A stretch of DNA of 64,000 bases from Anaerolineae bacterium (GTDB lineage Bacteria > Chloroflexota > Anaerolineae > Anaerolineales > E44-bin32). Positions 50,961-61,119 of the stretch are shown piece after piece (within the stretch, counting starts at the first letter, position 1; every line of letters begins with the position of its first letter). Made by a program: the position numbers and the translations under genes. The stretch covers positions 18,026 through 82,025 of the forward strand of contig DUET01000086.1 in assembly GCA_011192015.1 (NCBI GenBank), in the 5' to 3' direction. A model generated the notes under the pieces. It saw only the letters and a list, made by a program, of their open reading frames with translations, ran no database searches and was not told where the DNA came from.

Positions 50961-53426
50961 CTATTCCTTTACTCCAGCTCGTTTGAGATCCTTGGCTGCA
51001 ATGCGGGCCACGGAACCCACCGTCTCCCCCTCTTTCAAATTGATCACCCGCACGCCCATCGTCGCACGACCTGCCTGCTTGATCTGCTTTACCTTCGTGC
51101 GCAGCATGATGCCACCGCTGGAGATGATCGTGAGGTCGTCATCCTCGCTGACCACGCGCGCCGCCGCGATCGGCCCGGTAACGTCCATCTTGGATTTGCT
51201 CAGCGTCAAGACACCCATCGTGCCCCGCCCCTTGGGGAGATATTCCTTGATGGGCGTACGCTTGCCGTAGCCTTTGGCCATCACCACCAGCAAATCACTC
51301 TCGGGATCGACCACGCTCATGCTGGTCATGAAATCGCCTGCTTTGAGATTGATCGCTCGCACGCCTGCAGCCGGTCTGCCCATGGGTCTTACTTGACTTT
51401 CATGGAAGCGCAGGGCTCTTCCCTGCTCCGTCACACAGATGACCTCATCCTCGCCGCTCGTCAGGCGCACCCACCCCAGGACGTCTCCTTCCGCCAGGTT
51501 GATGGCGATCAGACCGGAAGGGCGAACGGAGGCAAAGTTGGGAAGCGCAACGCGTTTGATCTTGCCGTTGCGCGTCGCCATCGTGCAGTATTCCGCAGCC
51601 TCAAAATCAGGAACGGCCACCGCAGCGGTGATCGTTTCACCCGGATCGAGCGCCAGGATATTCACCATGGGGATGCCGCGATCCGTTCTTGAGGCATCTG
51701 GGATCTGATAGGCTTTCTCGGAGTAGACCTTGCCCCGATCCGAGAAGAACAACACCGAATCCAGCGATCGGGCGGGGAAGAGCATCATGACCTCATCCTC
51801 GCCGCGCATCGAGTGACCCGTCACACCTCTTCCGCCGCGTCCTTGGCGTCGATAGGTGCTTGAAGCCACGCGCTTCACGTAGCCGCGTTCGGTGATGCTG
51901 ATCAGCACGGACTCGTCTGCCACCAGGTCTTCTTCGCTGAATTCCTCGCTGGCATCAGGGGCAATGCGTGTTCGACGGTCATCGCCGTACTTTGCCTCCA
52001 TATCCGTGATCTCGTTCTTGATCAGCGCCAGGATCTTCTCGGGATTGGCGAGCAGATCCTCCAACTCAGTGATGCGCGCAAGAATTTCCTTGTGCTCGGT
52101 TTGGATCTTCTCTCGTTCCAAGGCTGCCAATCGGCGCAATTGCATGTCGAGAATGGCCTGCGCTTGAATATCTGTAAGTTTGAAGTTTTTCATGAGACGC
52201 GATTTTGCTTCGTCCGCGTCAGGCGATTCTCGGATGGTGGAGATGACGTCATCCAGGTTATTCAGGGCGATGAGCAAGCCGTCGAGGATATGCGCTCGGG
52301 CGCGCGCTTTTTCGAGTTCGAACTCCGTGCGTCGCGTGATGACGGTACGGCGATGTTCCAGGAAGATCTGCAGCGCTCGTTTCAGCGAGAGCAATCGCGG
52401 CTCCCCCTCCACCAAGGCCAGCAATTGCACGCCGAAGGTGGATTGAAGCGAGGTGAACTTGAAGAGCCGATTGAGTAATTTCGTCGGCTGAGTGCCGCGC
52501 TTGAGATCGATCACGATGCTGAGGCCCCGCCGGTCGGACTCATCCCGTAGATCGGAGATGCCATCCAGCTTCCCGCTGCGTACGAGTTCGGCGATGCGCT
52601 CGATCAAACCGGATTTATTGACCTGGTAGGGGATCTCTGTGATCACGATGCGATGGCGGTTGCCGGAAGTTTCTTCGATGTGGGCCAAGCCTCGAACGAC
52701 GATGCGTCCCTTGCCGGTGCTGTAGGCCTGCTTGATACCCTCGGCTCCCACGATGATCCCGCCCGTTGGGAAATCAGGACCGGTGATGAACTCCATCAAT
52801 TCATCGATCGTGATCTCATCCATGCGGCCGTAGTTGTCCACCAGATAGTGGATCCCAGCCGCCAATTCACTCAGGTTGTGCGGTGGGATATTGGTCGCCA
52901 TGCCGACTGCGATCCCTGAAGCTCCATTGAGCAGGAGATTCGGCAACCTGCCGGGAAGAACCACTGGCTCCTGGATGGAACCATCGAAGTTATCTGTGAA
53001 ATCAACCGTTTGCCGTTCGATGTCGACCAGTAATTCCTCAGCCATGGAGGCCATGCGGGCTTCCGTGTATCGCATGGCGGCTGGAGAATCGCCATCGATG
53101 GACCCGAAATTTCCCTGCCCGTCAATCAACAGGTATCGCATGGAGAAGGTCTGAGCCATGCGCGCCATCGTCTCATACACCGCTGCATCACCATGCGGAT
53201 GGAATTTCCCCAGCACCTCCCCTACGATGCGGGCGGATTTTCGATGACGGCTGGAAGCGTTAATTCCCATCGTGTGTAGGGCATAAAGAATGCGCCGCTG
53301 AACCGGCTTCAACCCATCACACGCATCCGGAAGCGCACGCGCGACGATCACGCTCATCGCATAATCCAAGTACGCTCCGCGCATTTGGTCATCAATATCA
53401 ACTTGACGCACCGTTCCAATATCCAT
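50961..53426 (-). CDS. gyrA: DNA gyrase subunit A
   Basis: 821 aa. It has AAMRYTE (active-site Tyr), HPHGD, the QRRILY region, and C-terminal beta-pinwheel repeats. Confidence 0.97.
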   Translation of the reverse strand: MDIGTVRQVDIDDQMRGAYLDYAMSVIVARALPDACDGLKPVQRRILYALHTMGINASSRHRKSARIVGEVLGKFHPHGDAAVYETMARMAQTFSMRYLLIDGQGNFGSIDGDSPAAMRYTEARMASMAEELLVDIERQTVDFTDNFDGSIQEPVVLPGRLPNLLLNGASGIAVGMATNIPPHNLSELAAGIHYLVDNYGRMDEITIDELMEFITGPDFPTGGIIVGAEGIKQAYSTGKGRIVVRGLAHIEETSGNRHRIVITEIPYQVNKSGLIERIAELVRSGKLDGISDLRDESDRRGLSIVIDLKRGTQPTKLLNRLFKFTSLQSTFGVQLLALVEGEPRLLSLKRALQIFLEHRRTVITRRTEFELEKARARAHILDGLLIALNNLDDVISTIRESPDADEAKSRLMKNFKLTDIQAQAILDMQLRRLAALEREKIQTEHKEILARITELEDLLANPEKILALIKNEITDMEAKYGDDRRTRIAPDASEEFSEEDLVADESVLISITERGYVKRVASSTYRRQGRGGRGVTGHSMRGEDEVMMLFPARSLDSVLFFSDRGKVYSEKAYQIPDASRTDRGIPMVNILALDPGETITAAVAVPDFEAAEYCTMATRNGKIKRVALPNFASVRPSGLIAINLAEGDVLGWVRLTSGEDEVICVTEQGRALRFHESQVRPMGRPAAGVRAINLKAGDFMTSMSVVDPESDLLVVMAKGYGKRTPIKEYLPKGRGTMGVLTLSKSKMDVTGPIAAARVVSEDDDLTIISSGGIMLRTKVKQIKQAGRATMGVRVINLKEGETVGSVARIAAKDLKRAGVKE

Positions 53427-53480
53427 AGGTCATCTCACTATGCAAAAGCAGGGAATTTCGCCCCGATGAAGGGCAATCAA

Positions 53481-53510
53481 ATTATACCGCGGGGGGCATG
53501 CAGAAGCCAA
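53481..53510 (-). promoter_or_regulatory. candidate gyrA promoter (-10 GGTATAAT, -35 TTGGCT, 18-nt spacer)
   Basis: On the minus strand, TATAAT is at 53486-53481 and TTGGCT at 53510-53505. This is about 55 nt upstream of the gyrA ATG. Confidence 0.35.
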
Positions 53511-53669
53511 AACGCCGGGGGGGCTTGAGCCGCTTTTCCCAAGCTGGAATGAAAAAATCCTCTTTGGAAGGGGCTCTGAATTGAAGGGGTTCCGGATCCG
53601 ATCGATATTCTGGATGACGAAGTGAAAGTGCAACTCACCATCCACCCCCATTCCGACCCGACGCCCAAC

Positions 53670-53698
53670 TTGACATCGCTCCTATTCCATGCTAGACA
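53670..53698 (+). promoter_or_regulatory. candidate promoter (-35 TTGACA, 17 nt, TGcTAGACA)
   Basis: It lies upstream of the acylase gene, whose RBS is GAGAGGAGG. Confidence 0.35.
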
Positions 53699-53725
53699 CA
53701 TCGGCTACCAAGAGAGGAGGATGCT

Positions 53726-56221
53726 ATGCTTACCAAACGGGCTCGAATCTGGATTGCGATCGTTTCTGCAATCGTGGCCGTCGCTATCGTGCTCAGCGTA
53801 TGGGGGATAGTGATGGTAAGACGCTCTTTCCCGCAGACAGACGGATCTCTCACCCTTCTGGGACTCGACGCGCAGGTTGAAGTACTGCGGGATACCATGG
53901 GAGTGCCTCACATCTACGCCACCACAGAACATGATCTCTTCATGGCACAGGGATTCGTACATGCCCAGGACCGTTTCTGGCAGATGGATTTCTGGCGTCA
54001 TATTGGTTCCGGGCGGCTTTCGGAGATGTTCGGGAATTCCCAATTGGAAACCGATATGTTCTTACGGACCATGGGATGGGAGCGAGTTGCCAGGCAGGAA
54101 TGGGAATTGGCAACCGACGCAGATCGCGCTGTTTTGGAAGCCTACGCTGAAGGCGTAAACGCCTACTTGGCTATGCGGCAGGGCTCAGCGCTCTCCCTGG
54201 AATACGCCGTGCTCGGTCTGCTGACCCCGGATTACACTCCTGAACCTTGGACACCGATTCACACGATTTCATGGGCGAAAGTGATGGCCTGGGATTTGGG
54301 TTCGAACATGAGTACCGAGTTGATGATAGCCCGTTTGATCAAGACCCTCGGTACCGAGCAAGTGGGGGAGCTCATCCCAAGTTATCCTCCCGATGCGCCC
54401 CAGATCATCCCTGCTGAAGGACAGATGCCTGTGATCACTCAGGACATGGAACTCGAAAGCCCTGCCGTAGGGATGGACCTTTCGTCTCTCGAAGCGCGTA
54501 TCGCCGCGCTTGATAACTTGCTGGGAGAAGGTGCCGAAGGCTTGGGTTCCAACAACTGGGTGATATCGGGAGAGCGAACCGCATCCGGATCGCCGATCTT
54601 GGCGAACGATCCGCATCTTGGCATCCAGATGCCCGCCATCTGGTATGAGATCGGATTGCATTGCCTTCCCGTCAATGAATCTTGCCGCTTCGACGTTGCT
54701 GGTTTCTCCTTCGCCGGTTCGCCTGGTGTGATCATCGGGCACAATGCGCATATCGCCTGGGGCTTGACCAACGTAGGTCCTGATGTGCAGGATCTCTACA
54801 TCGAAAAGATCAACCCCGATAATCCGCTGCAGTATGAAGTGAACGGTGAATGGGTCGACATGACCGTCATCGAGGATGAGATCCTTGTAGCTGGAGAGGA
54901 TCCGGTTCCGATCACCATTCGCTACACACGTCATGGCCCCATTCTCTCCGACGTGGATGACGACATGGCCGCGCTGGATGAAACCACGGATCTCGACATC
55001 CCCGAGCAATTTGCGGTCAGCCTGAAGTGGACCGCTCTCGAGCCATCGCGCGTGATAAGCAGCATCGTTCGAATCAATCTCGCCGATGACTTCAGGAGCT
55101 TCCGAGACGCTCTCAAGGATTTCGCTGTCCCCTCCCAAAACTTCGTCTATGCCGATACCGAGGGGAACATCGGCTACCAGATGCCCGGTTGGATCCCCAT
55201 TCGCTCCAATAGTCTGGGATTGGTTCCGGTTCCGGGTTGGGTGGACGACTATGAATGGACCGGCTACATTCCCTTCGAGCAACTTCCCTTCAGCTACAAC
55301 CCAAGCAATGGTTACATCGTGACCGCCAACAACGCAGTCGTTGGGTCGGAATACCCCTACCTGATCACGACCATGTGGGATTACGGCTTCCGCGCTCGAC
55401 GGATCGTGGTGATGATCGAAGCCCAAGATACACTCTCCCTGCAGGACATGATCACTATCCAGGGAGACAACCATCACCCCATGGGCCCCATCCTGGTTCC
55501 CATCCTCGCCCAGCTCTCGTTCAACGATCCCGAACTCACCGAGATGGCCGAGTTCCTGGAGGACTGGGATTACCAGGCCGACATGGATTCGGCCCAGGCA
55601 GCGCTCTTCAACACCTTCTGGCGCAATCTGGTGGTTTCCACGTTCATGGATGAATTGGAAGCCAGTGACACACCCGAGGGCAGCCGAGCTTTCCTGATCA
55701 TCGGCCAACTGCTTGGTGATCCTGAAAACACCTGGTGGGATGACGTCCAGACGGCTGGGGTTGAAACACGCGATGATATGCTGCGGACGGCATTCTCCGC
55801 CGCTGTCGCGGAAATCCAAGACACGCTGGGTTCACGCAGCGCTGGTTGGCGCTGGGGCGACCTGCACGGCGCGACCTTCCGCAACGAAACGCTGGGAGAG
55901 TGCGGCATCGCGCCCATCGAGGCGATCTTCAACCGCGGGCCCTTCCCGACCTCTGGAGGCGCCTCCATCATCAACGCCACTGGATGGCACGAAACCGAGG
56001 GCTATGAAGTCGTATCGGTTCCATCCCTGCGCATGATCGTGGACCTTGCGGATTTGGGGAATTCGCTGGGCATCACCACCACCGGAGAATCCGGGCACGC
56101 CTATCATCCCCATTACATCGACATGGCCGACCTCTGGCGCTTGATCCAATACCACGCCATGCCATGGACCCGCGAACAGGTGGAGATGCTGACCAAGGAT
56201 GTGCTCATTCTCACGCCCTGA
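53726..56221 (+). CDS. penicillin acylase family Ntn-hydrolase (penicillin G / acyl-homoserine-lactone acylase-like)
   Basis: 831 aa with an N-terminal membrane/signal segment. The alpha/beta processing site has the nucleophile Ser in GLGSNNWVISG. The overall length and layout match the penicillin amidase family. Confidence 0.9.
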   Translation: MLTKRARIWIAIVSAIVAVAIVLSVWGIVMVRRSFPQTDGSLTLLGLDAQVEVLRDTMGVPHIYATTEHDLFMAQGFVHAQDRFWQMDFWRHIGSGRLSEMFGNSQLETDMFLRTMGWERVARQEWELATDADRAVLEAYAEGVNAYLAMRQGSALSLEYAVLGLLTPDYTPEPWTPIHTISWAKVMAWDLGSNMSTELMIARLIKTLGTEQVGELIPSYPPDAPQIIPAEGQMPVITQDMELESPAVGMDLSSLEARIAALDNLLGEGAEGLGSNNWVISGERTASGSPILANDPHLGIQMPAIWYEIGLHCLPVNESCRFDVAGFSFAGSPGVIIGHNAHIAWGLTNVGPDVQDLYIEKINPDNPLQYEVNGEWVDMTVIEDEILVAGEDPVPITIRYTRHGPILSDVDDDMAALDETTDLDIPEQFAVSLKWTALEPSRVISSIVRINLADDFRSFRDALKDFAVPSQNFVYADTEGNIGYQMPGWIPIRSNSLGLVPVPGWVDDYEWTGYIPFEQLPFSYNPSNGYIVTANNAVVGSEYPYLITTMWDYGFRARRIVVMIEAQDTLSLQDMITIQGDNHHPMGPILVPILAQLSFNDPELTEMAEFLEDWDYQADMDSAQAALFNTFWRNLVVSTFMDELEASDTPEGSRAFLIIGQLLGDPENTWWDDVQTAGVETRDDMLRTAFSAAVAEIQDTLGSRSAGWRWGDLHGATFRNETLGECGIAPIEAIFNRGPFPTSGGASIINATGWHETEGYEVVSVPSLRMIVDLADLGNSLGITTTGESGHAYHPHYIDMADLWRLIQYHAMPWTREQVEMLTKDVLILTP

Positions 56222-56238
56222 GAACGCATCCGAGCCAA

Positions 56239-56272
56239 GGGGCTGTCCTCCCAGGGCAGCCCCTTTCTGTTT
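56239..56272 (+). terminator. terminator hairpin GGGGCTGTCC...GGGCAGCCCC plus T-rich tail
   Basis: It follows the acylase stop and is trailed by TTTCTGTTTCG. Its stem is shared with the hairpin at 63574-63601. Confidence 0.5.
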
Positions 56273-56483
56273 CGCCTTTCCCGTCTATCGAATGCGATTG
56301 GATCTGTCCGGGAAGGACCAACATCCGGAGCATGCATCACCCGCCAAGATCATCTCCTCCGAACCCAAAGGTCCGTTGATCATGGACGAGCTCAACATCT
56401 GCGGATAATGTGGCCGTATGGATGAACCATGCTTGGCGAAGGAAATTGGAACTGGGATTCGTAGCATCGAGATAGAAACCAAA

Positions 56484-56507
56484 CCGAGCTGATTTCGATC
56501 AGCTCGG
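56484..56507 (-). terminator. hairpin CCGAGCTGAT-TTCG-ATCAGCTCGG downstream of the small membrane protein gene
   Basis: A perfect 10-bp stem with a TTCG loop, followed on the minus strand by GGTTTGGTTTC. Confidence 0.4.
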
Positions 56508-56552
56508 CATAGACTTAAGATGGAAGATTAACCTGCGGGCTTCGACGTAGTA

Positions 56553-56780
56553 TTAGAAGATCAAGACCTTCTGGGTGACCAGCAGGCAGAGAAACCCCAC
56601 GACGGCAACAGCCAGGAAGAGCATAAAGGCGATCAAGAGACGTTGGCCTGGAGTCATTCCGAGGAAGTTGCGTCGTGGCTTGCTTATTGGGCGAGATTCT
56701 ATTACGCCACTTTTCATGGTTTTAATCTTGATTCTTTCTCGGTCTGAATCGTCTGTAGTTTCTTTCGGCGTATCGAACAT
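56553..56780 (-). CDS. small C-terminally anchored membrane protein (paralogue A, FLGMTPGQR motif)
   Basis: 75 aa with a GGGAGG RBS. The charged N-terminus is followed by FLGMTPGQRLLIAFMLFLAVAVVGFLCLLVTQKVLIF. By my count, 28 of the last 38 residues are identical to the product of 58197-58412. Confidence 0.6.
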   Translation of the reverse strand: MFDTPKETTDDSDRERIKIKTMKSGVIESRPISKPRRNFLGMTPGQRLLIAFMLFLAVAVVGFLCLLVTQKVLIF

Positions 56781-57147
56781 GCTCAGCCTCCCTGGTTCTC
56801 CCTGGTCAGTGTAATGTAATCAGGCTCATTGTCAACCGCATAGAAATCGATCTCCCGACATGTTCAAGCACTCAAGACTACCCAATCGGGAAATCTCATG
56901 TACAATTGGTCTTCTATCCATGGATGCAGCATCCACCTGATGCTCATCCAGCGTACGATCATTCGATCCTGGGGAGGGCGCGGATCCTGGTTGGACGGGA
57001 AATTGATCACTGCAGCCAATACCTATGAAGTGCATCAAAGGGCATGTAAGCCGTTGTAAACGTTTGGGTATAAGTGTGTAAGCAGATGTCTCCCTGAAAA
57101 GGAAGGTAGTTGGAAAGCTCTGAAATTAAAAGGAATGAGCCTGCATC

Positions 57148-58098
57148 ATGGCATACGAGAACGATTCATCGTACAGTCCTTCTCGAAGAGATTTCATCAA
57201 ACTGACTGCCGCGACCTTGGGAGTGCTGCTCCTTCCAAGAACGATTCCCCCTCTGTCCAAACAAGCTGGTCGCAAAACCCCCACTATCGACCCACAACCC
57301 ATTGCCGACAGACGAGCGCTTGCCAGATCCAAGCGCATCAAGGCTCAGGGTGTCGCCACGAGAGCGATGGCGCTGGAGTTCCACGGCGATCATTACTACA
57401 TGTACAGCGGCGCGTATTGCATGGATCCTGAGACCTTCATCTACTTGATGGAATGGCTGCGGGACAATGATGTGTGGGCGATGAATGCCGAGGAATTGGT
57501 GGGCTACATCAACGGCACGATGGATATGCCGGCCCGCTCGATCATTCTGACTACCGACTCGGGGAATACGTCCAAAGATTCTCTGGCGAGGATGATCCCC
57601 GTGCTGCAGGATACCGGGATGCATTTCCTCAGTTTCATCTGGACCCGGCACATGCTCGAGACGGAACACGAACGCTGCAACGGCGATAGCTGCTGGGAAG
57701 CCTTCCGGACTGCGCGCGATTCCGGCGTTTTCTCCTTTGGCTCCCACACCGAATCGCACCGCGATTTTGCCACGTTATCGGATTATGTGGGGATACGCGA
57801 CATCCTGCAATCCAAGACCGAAATCGAGGAGAACTTGGGAGTAACACCCACTCTCCTTTCCTGGCCCTTCGAGAGCGTCCCGAGTTGGGCTCCCTCCCTG
57901 CGAGAGCATGGTTTTGAAGGCGCCTTCGCTGGAGCGGTCAGATTTCCGATGGTCAACAACGTGGTCCTTCCCCATGAGCCAAAGGTATGGACCATGCCCA
58001 GGCTCCTTCCACCCAATGCCGGCACCCTGACTTCGGGGAGACCGAATGGATTGACCATCGAGGAAATGATGGCCATGTTCTGTGATGGTTTTGATTGA
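57148..58098 (+). CDS. Tat-signal exported polysaccharide deacetylase-like (NodB-type) protein
   Basis: A twin-arginine signal (SRRDFIKLTAATLGVLLL) is present. The motifs TTDSG and FGSHTESH resemble NodB motifs. The assignment is tentative. Confidence 0.6.
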   Translation: MAYENDSSYSPSRRDFIKLTAATLGVLLLPRTIPPLSKQAGRKTPTIDPQPIADRRALARSKRIKAQGVATRAMALEFHGDHYYMYSGAYCMDPETFIYLMEWLRDNDVWAMNAEELVGYINGTMDMPARSIILTTDSGNTSKDSLARMIPVLQDTGMHFLSFIWTRHMLETEHERCNGDSCWEAFRTARDSGVFSFGSHTESHRDFATLSDYVGIRDILQSKTEIEENLGVTPTLLSWPFESVPSWAPSLREHGFEGAFAGAVRFPMVNNVVLPHEPKVWTMPRLLPPNAGTLTSGRPNGLTIEEMMAMFCDGFD

Positions 58099-58196
58099 AC
58101 GCTGGAAACGCTGAGGAAACCCTTCAACACGATCCAATAGGATAATCCAGGCGTAGGCCATTGGTCGAGAATGCCCCCCCAACTGCGTTACGACAG

Positions 58197-58412
58197 CTAG
58201 AAGAGTAGCACCTTCCCAGTGACGACCAGGCAAAGCGCACCCACAACCGCAACCGCCAAGAGCAACAATAATGCAATCACAAAGCGTTGACCGGGAGTCA
58301 TGCCGAGAAACCGGCGTTCCATGATAGTTTCTGTGTAGGCATCAGCCAGGTCTGTATCCAGATCATCAAGGAATCTGGCCTCGCTCGTTTTGTCCTGTGC
58401 CCTGTTAAACAT
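58197..58412 (-). CDS. small C-terminally anchored membrane protein (paralogue B, FLGMTPGQR motif)
   Basis: An AGGAGG RBS precedes the ATG at 58412. The 71 aa product ends FLGMTPGQRFVIALLLLLAVAVVGALCLVVTGKVLLF. It lies immediately downstream of birA. Confidence 0.6.
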   Translation of the reverse strand: MFNRAQDKTSEARFLDDLDTDLADAYTETIMERRFLGMTPGQRFVIALLLLLAVAVVGALCLVVTGKVLLF

Positions 58413-58440
58413 GGTCTTCCTCCTGGAATCCCTCCATCGA

Positions 58441-59229
58441 TCATGGCTCAGCAGTGATTGGGCGCAACCGAATTTCACCGGCAGCGACATCCAACGCTCC
58501 CCTTGATGTCAGCAAGCGGAGGCGACCATCCGGTTGAATTCCCTGCAGCCTGCCTCGAAGGGTTTTCCCTCCACCTTCCAGCTCCACTTCATCTCCGCGG
58601 AATGCCAATCGTTCCTCGATCGCATGCGTGATCCCATTCGATCCAAGATGAGGCCATCTTTCCGCGAAAATCCTCAAGATCGTCCGTAAGAACGCCCATC
58701 GATCCACCGCATGCCCCAATTCCGTCTCAACACTCGTGGCGGGATATTCGATCGCTCCCTCCGGTGGGATGGAATCGGGCTTCACATTGACTCCCGCACC
58801 CACCACCATCCAGACGAGTTCCATTCCCTCCCAGGAAGCTTCCACCAGTACTCCTGCTACCTTCCGCCCAGCTATGAGGACGTCATTGGGCCACTTGATC
58901 TCACCCCGGATGCCGTTTTCCTGCAGCGCCTCGCAGACCGCCAAAGCCGTCAGGCACCCCACTCCTCCGATGGTTTCCCCCCCGGATCTTCCCGGACGCA
59001 GGATCAGGCTCCACGCCAATCCATCACCCTTGGATGTCAACCATCTCCGTTCCCCTCTACCTCGGCCGGCGGTTTGTTCATCGGCCACAACCAAGGTGCC
59101 ATGAGGGGCGTCGTTTGCCGCCTGCTCCTTCGCAAAGTCATTCGTGGAGCCGAGTGTTTCAAAGCAGTGCAGCGGTCGACCGAACTCACCAACCGGCAGC
59201 ATGGAGCGAAGGCGGTCAAATTCCGTCAT
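58441..59229 (-). CDS. birA: biotin--[acetyl-CoA-carboxylase] ligase (group I, no HTH)
   Basis: Contains the GRGRGERRW motif and KWPNDV. At 262 aa it has no N-terminal DNA-binding domain. Confidence 0.88.
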   Translation of the reverse strand: MTEFDRLRSMLPVGEFGRPLHCFETLGSTNDFAKEQAANDAPHGTLVVADEQTAGRGRGERRWLTSKGDGLAWSLILRPGRSGGETIGGVGCLTALAVCEALQENGIRGEIKWPNDVLIAGRKVAGVLVEASWEGMELVWMVVGAGVNVKPDSIPPEGAIEYPATSVETELGHAVDRWAFLRTILRIFAERWPHLGSNGITHAIEERLAFRGDEVELEGGGKTLRGRLQGIQPDGRLRLLTSRGALDVAAGEIRLRPITAEP

Positions 59230-59270
59230 GTGAGCATTTTAACCATAGATGCACAAGACGTGCCAATCAG

Positions 59271-59299
59271 TTCACAGCAGACGTTTTCTTTGCTACAAT
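59271..59299 (+). promoter_or_regulatory. promoter (-35 TTCACA, 17 nt, TGcTACAAT)
   Basis: The -10 ends 14 nt before the ATG at 59314, which implies a very short leader. It is divergent from birA. Confidence 0.45.
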
Positions 59300-59313
59300 C
59301 GTCTGGGTTTCCT

Positions 59314-59805
59314 ATGAAGCGTATCTGGTCCCCATGGCGTATGGAATACGTGGAAAAGCACGGTGAGCAAGAAGGCTGTTTCTTCTGTGAGAACCTGGCT
59401 CTGCCCGATGGGCCGGAGAATCTGATCCTCCATCGTGGAGAGCATGCTTTCGTGATCCTCAACCGCTACCCCTATACCAACGGCCACATGATGGTGGTTC
59501 CCTACGCACATCAACCATCCTTAGAAATGCTGGATGGGCCGGTGCTTGCGGAACTGATGCAGCTCCTGGTGGAAGCGTTGAGTGTGCTGCGCCAGGCCTA
59601 CGGAGCCGCATCCTTCAATGTGGGTGCGAACATCGGTAAGGCGGCTGGAGCTGGCGTCGTCGATCACGTTCATCTCCATGTACTCCCACGCTGGCCGGGA
59701 GACACCAATTTCATGGCCACCACCGCAGAAGTTCGCGTCATCCCTGAGGATTTGAAAGACACCTTCGAGCGTCTTCGAGCTCTATGGACAGAACGCAGGC
59801 AATAG
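59314..59805 (+). CDS. HIT family protein (Ap4A phosphorylase/GalT-like branch)
   Basis: The histidine triad HVHLHVLPR and an N-terminal CFFC are present. Confidence 0.88.
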   Translation: MKRIWSPWRMEYVEKHGEQEGCFFCENLALPDGPENLILHRGEHAFVILNRYPYTNGHMMVVPYAHQPSLEMLDGPVLAELMQLLVEALSVLRQAYGAASFNVGANIGKAAGAGVVDHVHLHVLPRWPGDTNFMATTAEVRVIPEDLKDTFERLRALWTERRQ

Positions 59806-59866
59806 ACCTGTGGGCCGACTATCGTTGGCCCCTTTTTCATTTCCGACTTCTATGGAGAGGAGCACA

Positions 59867-61075
59867 ATGAGTTCAGAGCACAACCACCGAGAACCCGTTA
59901 TCCTGAGCGCCGTCCGCACTCCCATGGGGAGATTCCAGGGCGCGCTCTCACCGCTTACGGCTACGCAATTGGGAGCCATTGTCGTAAAAGCTGCGGTCGA
60001 ACGAGCTGGTTTGAAGAAGCTCGAAGAGATCGACGAGGTCCTGATGGGCAACGTGGTTTCCGCAGGCCTGGGACAGGCCCCCGCAAGACAGGCAGCCATC
60101 AACGCCGGTCTTCCACCCACCGTAGGCGCATCAACGATCAACAAAGTCTGTGGCTCTGGTTTGAAGACATGCATGCTGGCCGCTCAAGCCATCCTGATCG
60201 GGGATGCCGATCTGTTCGTGGCGGGCGGTATGGAAAGCATGAGCAACGTCCCACACCTGATCCGTGGACGTAAGGGCTTGGCCTATGGCCATCAGCAGCT
60301 GACAGATGCCCTGCTCCTGGATGGTCTCTGGGACACATTCCAGGATTGGGTCATGGGCATGGCCGCCGAGCATATCGCCGACCGCTTCAACGTCACCCGC
60401 GAGGAGATGGATCAATGGGCGTTCGATAGCCATCGGAAGGCCGTAGCCGCCATCGATGATGGCAAGTTCAAGGATGAGATCGAACCCGTCGAAGTGCCCG
60501 GAAGAAAGGGTAAGGTCACCATCGTCGAAGAGGATGAGACCCCTCGACGCGACACCAACCTCGAACAACTTGCCGCACTCCGCCCCGTCTTCACCAAGGA
60601 CGGGAGGGTGACAGCAGGGAATTCCCCAGGCCTGAACGACGGGGCCTCCGCGCTTGTCATCTGCAGTCGCGAGAAGGCGGAAGCCTTGAAGCACAAACCC
60701 CTGGCCCGCATCGTGGGGTATTCGCAGGCAGCCGTGGATCCCAAGGAGATCTTCATCGCTCCGGCAGTCGCCATTCCGATGCTCCTGGAGAAGACCGGAT
60801 GGAGCTTCGAAGACATCGACCTGGTCGAACTGAATGAGGCCTTCGCCGCCCAGGTGTTGGCGGATGGCCGCGCCCTTGCAGATCATGGATGGGACTGGGA
60901 GAAGGTCAATGTCAACGGTGGAGGCGTCGCCCTCGGTCACCCGATCGGTGCCTCCGGCGCCCGTGTCTTGACGACCCTGATTTACGCCCTCAAGGATCGC
61001 GGCTTGAGCCGCGGCATTGCCGCCCTCTGTCTCGGAGGTGGTGAAGCCGTGGCCATGGCCATCGAACTGGAGTGA
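59867..61075 (+). CDS. acetyl-CoA C-acetyltransferase (bacterial thiolase II)
   Basis: Contains NKVCGSGLK (Cys nucleophile), [21 protein letters not shown] and CLGGGEAVA. Confidence 0.93.
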   Translation: MSSEHNHREPVILSAVRTPMGRFQGALSPLTATQLGAIVVKAAVERAGLKKLEEIDEVLMGNVVSAGLGQAPARQAAINAGLPPTVGASTINKVCGSGLKTCMLAAQAILIGDADLFVAGGMESMSNVPHLIRGRKGLAYGHQQLTDALLLDGLWDTFQDWVMGMAAEHIADRFNVTREEMDQWAFDSHRKAVAAIDDGKFKDEIEPVEVPGRKGKVTIVEEDETPRRDTNLEQLAALRPVFTKDGRVTAGNSPGLNDGASALVICSREKAEALKHKPLARIVGYSQAAVDPKEIFIAPAVAIPMLLEKTGWSFEDIDLVELNEAFAAQVLADGRALADHGWDWEKVNVNGGGVALGHPIGASGARVLTTLIYALKDRGLSRGIAALCLGGGEAVAMAIELE

Positions 61076-61119
61076 TGGCCCACGCACATACTGCATGGGT
61101 TGATTGGGAGAACACAACC

